A stretch of 33,612 bases of DNA, the filler included, from an uncultured virus (IMG/VR IMGVR_UViG_2061766007_003009) (taxonomy: Duplodnaviria > Heunggongvirae > Uroviricota > Caudoviricetes). It is 3 parts of one record of this genome, joined end to end, with 100 filler letters (N's around TTAATTAATTAA, not from the genome) between each part and the next. Parts side by side here need not be neighbours in the genome. Positions count along the whole stretch, not along the records: positions 4,057 to 31,498 come from IMGVR_UViG_2061766007_003009; positions 31,599 to 33,612 come from IMGVR_UViG_2061766007_003009; 1 more part is not named here. One strand, 5' to 3'. Position numbers and translations under genes: made by a program. Positions 26,409 through 33,612 of this stretch are shown here, piece after piece. Each line of letters begins with the position of its first letter. Position 1 is the stretch's first letter. The notes under the pieces are model-generated. The model did not search any database, was not told where the DNA came from, and worked only from the letters and a program-made list of their open reading frames with translations.

Positions 26409-27704
26409 ATGGAGGGGAAACTTCCTAACAAGTGGCTGAACTGCGCGATTCCGGGGGTGGCACTGACCACCTGCATCGGGTCGGTATACTGTTGGAGCCA
26501 GTTCTCGAGGGAACTCATGGAGACCTTCGGGACGACAAGGTTCCAGACGGACATCGGCTTCACTCTAATCATATTCTTCCTCGGCATGTGCGCGGCCATA
26601 TTCGGTAGCACAATCGAGAAGAATCCGAGGACGGGGGCGTGGTTGTCCACAATCGTGTTCATCACCGGCTTCCTGATGCTCGGGGTGGCCGTCTATACCA
26701 AGTGCCTACCGGCATTCTACATAGCGACTGCGGTGATAGGGGCAGGTACCGGCATCGGGTACGTAACCCCGGTGAAGACCCTGATGGCCTTCTTCGCCGA
26801 CCACAAGGGGATGGCCTCCGGTCTCGCAATCACCGGGTTCGGCCTCGCGAAGTTCGTCGCCTCCCCGGTAATCGAGTGGCTGCTCGCCACCGTGCCGCTC
26901 TACGGGGTGTTCTTCTCGCTCGGCGCGATATACGCCGCCGTGATGGTGGCATCCTCCCTTCTGCTCAGGAAGTACCCCATGATGGAGAAGGAATACGGGA
27001 ACCCGGACTTCCGGTACTCCCTGGTGTTCAAGCGTAAGGAATGGTGGGCCATATGGTTCATGTTCATGACAAATATCAGTTGTGGCCTCGCCATCATCTC
27101 CCAGGAGAAGGGACTGCTTCTCGGACTTGGAATAGCCTCGGTGGCCGTCATCCTCTCCGGGACGGCACTGGCAAACTCCGGGGGACGCATCGGCTTTTCT
27201 ACCCTGTCCGACAGGATAGGTAGGAAGGCGAGCTACCACTTCGTGTGCTCGTTCGGAATCCTCGGCGCCTTGTTCTGCGTGACCGGGAGCCCGGCATTGA
27301 CCGTCATCGGCATTCTGCTCTGCGAGGCTGCATACGGCGGAAACTTCAGCGTACTGCCCAGCCTGCTCGCCAAGCGCTTCGGGATGTCAAGCGCCTCCCG
27401 GATTCACTCGATGACCCTGACCGGGTGGAGCATCGGCNNNNNNNNNNTATTGACCGTTATCGGCATCCTGCTCTGCGAGGCTGCATACGGCGGAAACTTC
27501 AGCGTACTGCCCAGCTTGCTAGCCAAGCGATTCGGGATGTCAAGCGCCTCCCGGATTCACTCCATGACGCTCACCGGATGGAGCGTGGGAGGCATCTTCG
27601 GGCCGGTGCTGGCGAACACCTTTACGGGCACCACGCTGTATCTGGTCCTTGCCGTTCTCTACTTTATCGCCTTCACGGTGATGGAAATTAACGTGAAGAA
27701 GTAG
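26409..27704 (+). CDS. MFS transporter, OFA (oxalate/formate antiporter)-like; internal assembly duplication
   Basis: CIGSVYCWS, GTGIGYVTPVKTL..FFADHKGMASGLAITGFG, GRIGFSTLSDRIGRK, YGGNFS; many hydrophobic helices. Confidence 0.88.
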   Translation: MEGKLPNKWLNCAIPGVALTTCIGSVYCWSQFSRELMETFGTTRFQTDIGFTLIIFFLGMCAAIFGSTIEKNPRTGAWLSTIVFITGFLMLGVAVYTKCLPAFYIATAVIGAGTGIGYVTPVKTLMAFFADHKGMASGLAITGFGLAKFVASPVIEWLLATVPLYGVFFSLGAIYAAVMVASSLLLRKYPMMEKEYGNPDFRYSLVFKRKEWWAIWFMFMTNISCGLAIISQEKGLLLGLGIASVAVILSGTALANSGGRIGFSTLSDRIGRKASYHFVCSFGILGALFCVTGSPALTVIGILLCEAAYGGNFSVLPSLLAKRFGMSSASRIHSMTLTGWSIGXXXXLTVIGILLCEAAYGGNFSVLPSLLAKRFGMSSASRIHSMTLTGWSVGGIFGPVLANTFTGTTLYLVLAVLYFIAFTVMEINVKK

Positions 27705-27720
27705 AATTCCTCGGCAAAAT

Positions 27721-27732
27721 TTGCTATATTTG
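27721..27732 (+). promoter_or_regulatory. TTGCTATATTTG promoter
   Basis: Exact motif just after the MFS stop, ahead of the next plus-strand cluster. Confidence 0.7.
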
Positions 27733-27871
27733 GGGACGGCAATCGTCCCTTTTCTTTTAGGAATTGTTGATGTACGAATATCTTACCAACNNNNNNNNNN
27801 NNNNNNNNNNNNNNNNNNNNNNNNNNNNNNNNNNNNNNNNNNNNNNNNNNNNNNNNNNNNNNNNNNNNNNN

Positions 27872-28250
27872 GCTCGCGATAGAGGCCAGGAACAAGAAGC
27901 TGAGGAAGGACCTAACCGACGCCTACCGGTTCATCAAGAAGGCAATTTACCACGCAAGCACCGGTAATGCCGGGTGTAAGCTCACCGTGTGCATATGGAA
28001 ATGGTGCAAGTACTATTTCAATCAGTATGACGCGGCAACCTGCAAGGAACTGTTCGTCGACCGTCTGGTAAGCAGGCTCCTGGACGAGGGGTTCAGCGCG
28101 GAGTACCTCCCTAACGGGGATAGCGGGGTTAAGTCCAAGGAACCTTCCCTTAAGGTCATGTGGGGAGAGTCGAGCGACGACCTGGAACGGATGGTGGAGG
28201 AAGAACTGGAGAAACCGGGAGAAACCGGGAAGGAAGGTGCGACATGGTGA
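27872..28250 (+). CDS. hypothetical protein, 5' end in gap
   Basis: Frame open from the gap: LAIEARNKKLRKDLTDAYRFIKKAIYHAS...CIWKW... Confidence 0.6.
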
Positions 28251-28396
28251 AGTCGTTGATGAACGCAGTGTATGTAGCAATCGGGTTGGCGTTCGCCAGG
28301 AAGATTTACGAGAAGGCATGCAGTGACCCGTACGGAGACTTGACGCGAGCTGCCAGGGCATATCATGGCAAGTCATTAACCATGCTGGTAGGCGAG
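28244..28396 (+). CDS. shared-leader family protein, 5' part (gap)
   Basis: MVKSLMNAVYVAIGLAFARKIYEK. Confidence 0.7.
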
Positions 28397-28562
28397 NNNN
28401 NNNNNNNNNNNNNNNNNNNNNNNNNNNNNNNATAATAGAGTTGAGTCGCCAAATAAGCACGCAGAGCCTCATGCCAGATATCCCAACGTTCCCGAGTACA
28501 CCGAAACTGGGTAATTCGTGGAAGCCGTTCCCGTGGTCTCCTATGGACAAGGAACTCTAGTC

Positions 28563-29000
28563 ATGGAACGTGCAGCATATTTCCTGATTTTCGTGTACTT
28601 CCTGCGCAAGATGTTCAGGAAGCTTCTGTGCAGGCCAAGGCTACCGGTCCGCAGGTGCACTTCCCGGGATACCCCTAGCGGATATGCCCGCCTTGTCATA
28701 TCCGGGAACGACGTCGACCTGTGTTCAAACTTCTGCGTGAAGACTCCAAGGGGCTTCCACAGCAACGGACTGGAAGAGCATGTGGAGAAGGAACTCGCAC
28801 TGATGTTCAGCGCGAGGATAATGTCCGCCAGCGGCGGCGAATACTGCAGCAAGTCTGGCGGTGGAATCATAGTCTACCGTGGACGGCTTGCCCCAAGGGA
28901 CCTGGAGTTCGACGAGACCGGCGATGGTACCGGGGTACCCGGGGAGCTCCGGGGGCTACTGGCGTCGGCAACAGAAGAATTCGTTAGACTGATGAGGTAA
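28563..29000 (+). CDS. shared-leader family protein
   Basis: MERAAYFLIFVYFLRKMFRKLLCRP. Confidence 0.8.
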   Translation: MERAAYFLIFVYFLRKMFRKLLCRPRLPVRRCTSRDTPSGYARLVISGNDVDLCSNFCVKTPRGFHSNGLEEHVEKELALMFSARIMSASGGEYCSKSGGGIIVYRGRLAPRDLEFDETGDGTGVPGELRGLLASATEEFVRLMR

Positions 29001-29001
29001 T

Positions 29002-30117
29002 ATGTACGAGGAAAGGATAAGCCTTGAAGAACTCATAAATCCTGAACATTTTCCCAGTAGCTTCATGCGACGGCATAAGGGAAGGGAAACCTTGCTGATT
29101 ACGGTTAGTGGACTGGGATACTTGCCACTGGCGAAGCTTGTCAGTGTTGGAATACGGTTCTACGGAGTAGTGACGAACGATGACGAGGTATACCTGTCCT
29201 GCCGGTACCAGCTCCCGGAGAAACACGCGCTGTACCGGGAGCGCAACAAGGAAGTCGAGGTTGCCGTGATATTCCCTGGCAAGTCCATGGCCGCCTCGAT
29301 GTACATGATACCGGAAGTCTTCTATGATTTTGATACACTCACCGACCCGATAGTACCGGGATTTAAGCTGTGGCCGTGCAAGTGGATAACGTACAGCGCT
29401 ACCGACGCGGCTGAGACTGTACTGAAGGGACTGGACTACTTCCATGCTGCTGTACCGAGGCTAATTCGCACCCTGAATACCCGGGCAGACCAGTGCATCC
29501 GGCATTACCTGGGGATTGACCGTGGACCCGGCTATAAGGGAAGGAAGTCAATACTCGAGAGTTACTTCAGGCGAGCCAGACTGAATCACCCGGTAGCAAG
29601 TTTCGCACGGGTGCGCCTGATGGACACGTTCGCCTATGCGTATATCGGGTATGACTTCATTATGTTCTTTGCGAAGGGATATCCTGGAATAACAGTAGTC
29701 AGCATCACCAGGGACATTTCACGTACCCTACCGCCGGTTGAATGCGACGGCATGCGGAGGTTCATCGAGTTCTGCAAGAGAATGCCGAACATCGAGCACT
29801 TCAACAACGCTGCCGTCGATGCCCTGTTCGAGACATTCGTTGCGAGAGGAATCACCGTTACCGTCAATGAACGGTTGAATGATGACGGTGAGGTAAATAC
29901 CATAAAGTTCGAGGGCAACCCCAGGGAGGAGGTAATCCTGTATAACTCCAGACACCTGTACAGGTGGGAACTGGAAGATGCCAGTACCTCCCGGGCAGTA
30001 CGGGTATCATACAGCAAGAGCCATGGTGTCATCAGGGAGTTTCCGGGAGAGAAGACCCAGAACCTGAACGATGACTGCCGTTCATTGATTTTCGAAATGA
30101 ACACTAGGCTGAACTAA
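29002..30117 (+). CDS. hypothetical protein (371 aa)
   Basis: Long ORF, GAGGT RBS; no recognised motif. Confidence 0.75.
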   Translation: MYEERISLEELINPEHFPSSFMRRHKGRETLLITVSGLGYLPLAKLVSVGIRFYGVVTNDDEVYLSCRYQLPEKHALYRERNKEVEVAVIFPGKSMAASMYMIPEVFYDFDTLTDPIVPGFKLWPCKWITYSATDAAETVLKGLDYFHAAVPRLIRTLNTRADQCIRHYLGIDRGPGYKGRKSILESYFRRARLNHPVASFARVRLMDTFAYAYIGYDFIMFFAKGYPGITVVSITRDISRTLPPVECDGMRRFIEFCKRMPNIEHFNNAAVDALFETFVARGITVTVNERLNDDGEVNTIKFEGNPREEVILYNSRHLYRWELEDASTSRAVRVSYSKSHGVIREFPGEKTQNLNDDCRSLIFEMNTRLN

Positions 30118-30140
30118 GATTAAAAGTTGGTTACTATGGG

Positions 30141-30172
30141 AAAAGGGCCGGGAATTCTTCCCGGCCCTCTTT
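30141..30172. terminator. bidirectional terminator
   Basis: AAA-AGGGCCGGGAA-ttc-TTCCCGGCCCT-CTTT between convergent genes. Confidence 0.8.
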
Positions 30173-30195
30173 CGTTGCCTTAGGAGGTTAAACGG

Positions 30196-31380
30196 TTAGT
30201 TCTTGGTGGTTTCCCGTAGTGCCTGGCGTATAATCTTCTTGCGTACGAGCCAGAACATCATGCGCAGGGCAAGGGTATCCTCGGTAGGACGGTACGGCCA
30301 GCGGAGCGCGACCGACTCCCATTCGTCGGAGTTCTGGACAATCCTTCCGAGGTTTTCCGGGTGCAGCGTGGCCAGTTCGTTGGAAAGCAGCACGCAGATG
30401 CGGTCGATGAGGATATACTTGGTACCGACATAGTTGGAAACTAGTCCGTGTCTTATTTTGTCGAAGTCCGGGCCGTGCGATACCAGGTTGGCGACGAAGA
30501 CTGCCACGTTTTTGATTGCCTTGGCCAGTACCGGGAGATTCTCGTTGATGAATGCCCACCTTTTTGCCGGAGTGTGCGGGTGGGCAAGTTCGTACAGCTC
30601 GTCGGTGAGTTCGGTCTTCGGAGTACTACCATGTGTCATCAGTCCAAGCCGGTAGTACCCGTTGAGCGCCAGGATTGCGTTCGGGAGGTCCTTGTCGCAC
30701 TTCATGAGGGACCTGGCCCATTCCTTATCGATTTCGCTCCACGACCTGTCGCTGGAGCAGATGTCCACGTACTTCTGGCTGAAGGTGAAGGACTTTGCGT
30801 ACTTCCTGAGCTCGTTCCTGGTGTTCTTGTAGAGGAACCTCTTCGCAAGCGACTCGTGCTGCCAGGCAAGGACGTTTGCGACTGCCCTGCCGTAGTACCT
30901 GCGCACCTTGTCGAGCACCCGGTCGGTGACATAGGAAATTGCTCCCGGTGCATTGTCGTTGGCAAGCACGGTCTTGAGCGGGCGATACTTCTCCTTGTGC
31001 TCGATTTCCCGGATGAACTCCTTCACCTTCTGGGCAATCCTCGATTCGCATTCCGGGTCGTCGTCAATGGTGTACCGCTTGAGAAGGATATGGGTGGGGT
31101 TTACCGCGACAGCCTTTTCGGCTTTTTCGTTATCACCGGTACGGTAACGTATTACCTGTGCATTGAGTTCAGCGGCAGGATTTTCCAGGGCGATGAGCCT
31201 GTTTGCCCATGACGCTACCGTCAATGCGTTGTCTTGGGTGGCATAGCATTCGGCAAACCGGATTTCGTGTGTAAAGGTCTTGAGCTCCTTTCCGGCCGCA
31301 AGGAGTGCCAGACGGGATGCAACGTAGGCATACTTTCCGTCGGTTGTGACTCTGACAATGTATAATCCCTTTGTACTCAT
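30196..31380 (-). CDS. hypothetical protein (394 aa)
   Basis: Long ORF with AAGGA RBS and promoter motif at 31401-31412. Confidence 0.8.
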   Translation of the reverse strand: MSTKGLYIVRVTTDGKYAYVASRLALLAAGKELKTFTHEIRFAECYATQDNALTVASWANRLIALENPAAELNAQVIRYRTGDNEKAEKAVAVNPTHILLKRYTIDDDPECESRIAQKVKEFIREIEHKEKYRPLKTVLANDNAPGAISYVTDRVLDKVRRYYGRAVANVLAWQHESLAKRFLYKNTRNELRKYAKSFTFSQKYVDICSSDRSWSEIDKEWARSLMKCDKDLPNAILALNGYYRLGLMTHGSTPKTELTDELYELAHPHTPAKRWAFINENLPVLAKAIKNVAVFVANLVSHGPDFDKIRHGLVSNYVGTKYILIDRICVLLSNELATLHPENLGRIVQNSDEWESVALRWPYRPTEDTLALRMMFWLVRKKIIRQALRETTKN

Positions 31381-31400
31381 ATTGGTATTCCTTTTTCTCC

Positions 31401-31412
31401 CAAATATAGCAA
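31401..31412 (-). promoter_or_regulatory. TTGCTATATTTG promoter (minus strand)
   Basis: CAAATATAGCAA. Confidence 0.7.
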
Positions 31413-31542
31413 AAAATATGATAAACTGTCGAACATGAGCGCAAAATCCGTCATAGAGGCAGCTTCCGGTGCCTACCGGTGCATTTTCGGGGAGGAAANN
31501 NNNNNNNNNNNNNNNNNNNNNNNNNNNNNNNNNNNNNNNNNN

Positions 31543-31554
31543 TTAATTAATTAA
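31543..31554. other. artificial contig linker
   Basis: TTAATTAATTAA within an N run. Confidence 0.95.
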
Positions 31555-31602
31555 NNNNNNNNNNNNNNNNNNNNNNNNNNNNNNNNNNNNNNNNNNNNCC
31601 CG

Positions 31603-31944
31603 ATGGCGGACGAGCTCAAGGAGTCCCACTGTCTTGCATACGACGGGTGCGACATATGCTCCGGGAGGGGAGCTGTAGTGTTTGTCGGCTCGGGCGAGTA
31701 CGTGAACAGTGCCTTCGAACGCGAGGACCAGGTCATAGTCGACAAGCGTACCGTACACGGGGCGCTGTATGTGACCCCGCACGGGGAGGTATACGGTATA
31801 AATCACCGCATGCTGAAGGACGGTTATTCGGGAAGCAAGTACATTGACGGGTTCCGCTGGATTGTGGACAACCAGGAGAAGGCCATATCGAACATGTTCC
31901 CGTGGGATAACCTTGGGACGGTTCCTTCAATAAACCCGATATAG
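31603..31944 (+). CDS. hypothetical protein (possibly 5'-truncated)
   Basis: ORF at contig start. Confidence 0.55.
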   Translation: MADELKESHCLAYDGCDICSGRGAVVFVGSGEYVNSAFEREDQVIVDKRTVHGALYVTPHGEVYGINHRMLKDGYSGSKYIDGFRWIVDNQEKAISNMFPWDNLGTVPSINPI

Positions 31945-31969
31945 TTTTTATGATGCGCAAGGAGACAGT

Positions 31970-32602
31970 ATGAGCATCTACGTAGTAGGCTCCAGCAGGA
32001 ACACGTTCCTCCCGCTGGACGACATCAGGACCAAGTTCCTGGTGGACAAGAAGCACGAAGGACCCAACATCGACGGGCTCAACCCGATGTTCTGTGAGCT
32101 CACCGGGCTATTCCACATGTGGAAGAACTGCAAGGATGATATCGTAGGCCTGGAGCACTACCGGAGATACCTGTCGGTTGACGGGAAGAAACCGGTAGGG
32201 AAGGCAAAAATTGAGGAACTACTTAACAAGTCAGATGTTCTGACCATTGACATCGAGTACCGTACCCGCCCGATAATGAGCTACTTCTGGCTGTCAAAGC
32301 CGGAACTCGCCCCGATATTCAGGGACTACATCACACACCTGGGTGCAGTAATCGGAGAGAAGTACGCAAGGCACTGCGAGGACTACCTCAACGGACACCA
32401 CCACGTACTCGGCAACATGTTCATATCGAGAAAGGAACTAATGGACGAGTACTGCAAGTACCTGTTCGGTACGCTGATGACGNNNNNNNNNNNNNNNNNN
32501 NNNNNNNNNNNNNNNNNNNNNNNNNNNNNNNNNNNNCTTTTTGGGGCCTGGCTTTCCTGGAACCACAAACGTCGGCATAACCTGAAACTACTGATGGTAT
32601 AG
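31970..32602 (+). CDS. DUF4422-domain putative glycosyltransferase
   Basis: NIDGLNPMFCELTGLFHMWKN...VGLEHYRRY...NMFI..KEL.DEYC.YLF. Confidence 0.85.
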   Translation: MSIYVVGSSRNTFLPLDDIRTKFLVDKKHEGPNIDGLNPMFCELTGLFHMWKNCKDDIVGLEHYRRYLSVDGKKPVGKAKIEELLNKSDVLTIDIEYRTRPIMSYFWLSKPELAPIFRDYITHLGAVIGEKYARHCEDYLNGHHHVLGNMFISRKELMDEYCKYLFGTLMTXXXXXXXXXXXXXXXXXXLFGAWLSWNHKRRHNLKLLMV

Positions 32603-32604
32603 GT

Positions 32605-33298
32605 ATGGACTGCATTATCTCGATGACATCGTGGAAGCNNNNNNNNNNNNNNNNNNNNNNNNNNNNNNNNNNNNNNNNNNNNNNNNCGTACTGTCCTCCG
32701 ACGAGTTCACCGGAAAGGAAAAAGATATTCCCAAGGGAATACTGGCATTGACCAAGCACCCTCGGTTCGAGATACTCTGGACTGAAAAGAACACCAGGGC
32801 GTACAAGAAGTACTACCCTACTTTCCGGAAGTACCCGGGAGTTCCCATAATCACCGTGGACGACGACGCGCCGGCAAAGCCGAACTTCCTCAGGGATATC
32901 TGGAATCTGCACCGGAAGGACCCGAAACGGGTTATCTACGGGTACAACAGGTATCCCTGTAACCGGAAGGGCATAGACTGTGTAAGGTATGGCTNNNNNN
33001 NNNNNNNNNNNNNNNNNNNNNNNNNNNNNNNNNNNNNNNNNNNNNNNNNGGCATGCGGGTGTTCGGGAACATGGACGACGAGCACTTCAGGCTGTGCCAC
33101 GTGCTTGCTGGAAGCAAGTACTATAACATTAACGCCTACGACGTACTGCACATCAACCTGATAGACCAGGAGTCGTCACTGAGCGCCGAAATTGGCTCCC
33201 GGTGGACGGAACTGCAGGACCGGTGGGACCGAATGTTCGCCGCAATGCCGGAACTGCACAAGCTCTGGAAGAAGAACGTTGCAATGAGCAACAAGTAG
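32605..33298 (+). CDS. GT-A-fold glycosyltransferase-like protein (gapped)
   Basis: MDCIISMTSW...EILW...AYKKYYP...IITVDDD (DxD); segments joined across two gaps. Confidence 0.65.
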
Positions 33299-33477
33299 TG
33301 GACTACTATTCCTCGAATATGTCAGGCTGGTCCATCTCGCCGCCGTACACCCAGCAGTTATACAGGATGGNNNNNNNNNNNNNNNNNNNNNNNNNNNNNN
33401 NNNNNNNNNNNNNNNNNNNNNNNNNNNNNNNNNNNNNNNNNNNNNNNNNNNNNNNNNNNNNNNNNNNNNNNNNNNNN

Positions 33478-33603
33478 CACCTCGTCGATTTCCTTCTCGA
33501 GGTAGTCCATTATCTTCTCTGCCCAGGTGAAACAGTAACGGCCATAACCGTCCTTGTTCTTGGCCTTCCATTCTTCGTATTTTTGCTTGTCCTTCAGTTT
33601 CAT
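33478..33603 (-). CDS. hypothetical protein, 5' part
   Basis: MKLKDKQKYEEWKAKNKDGYGRYCFTWAEK... runs into a gap. Confidence 0.55.
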
Positions 33604-33612
33604 GGTATGTTC

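Noticed and set aside
27297..27590. Internal repeat in the MFS transporter
   Set aside because: The same ~47 codons occur on each side of a 10-N gap with mostly synonymous differences; assembly redundancy.
6270..31380. Stop-codon reassignment explaining the many short ORFs
   Set aside because: TAG, TGA and TAA all end genes with coupled downstream starts, and long genes are intact in the standard code.

Overview
A gappy, phage-like accessory region made of three concatenated pieces. Artificial N-TTAATTAATTAA-N linkers lie at 4001-4012 and 31543-31554, and many 10-N gaps join what look like alternative alleles. No virion, replication or cellular core genes are visible. A large-phage origin is inferred from the dense short ORFans, DUF6948-like, DUF5758-like and GIY-YIG genes, and a recurring TTGCTATATTTG promoter (FCB-group TAnnTTTG -7 type) often set back-to-back and directly before start codons. 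The main feature is a family of at least 21 small proteins (about 77-145 aa where complete), mostly in two tandem arrays (6270-9129 and 11153-14138). They share an N-terminal ~25-aa leader, [AG]-x-Y-x-x-[IMVL]-x-[LIV]-x-F-x-R-[RK]-x-x-[RK]-[RK]-x-x-x-P, with invariant Tyr and invariant Arg nine residues later, followed by highly diverged bodies and signs of leader/body shuffling. Also present: an IS607-type tnpA-tnpB element with an AT-rich repeat-containing GIY-YIG/NUMOD1 endonuclease between the two genes, a second TnpB-related C-terminus, a patatin phospholipase, a DNA amino-methyltransferase, an OFA-type MFS transporter, two glycosyltransferase-like genes, an ART/KptA-fold gene flanked by direct repeats, and a GC-rich iteron-like non-coding module present in two diverged versions, each ending in an identical 50-bp palindrome-containing element. 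All family assignments are by motif recognition; no searches were run.
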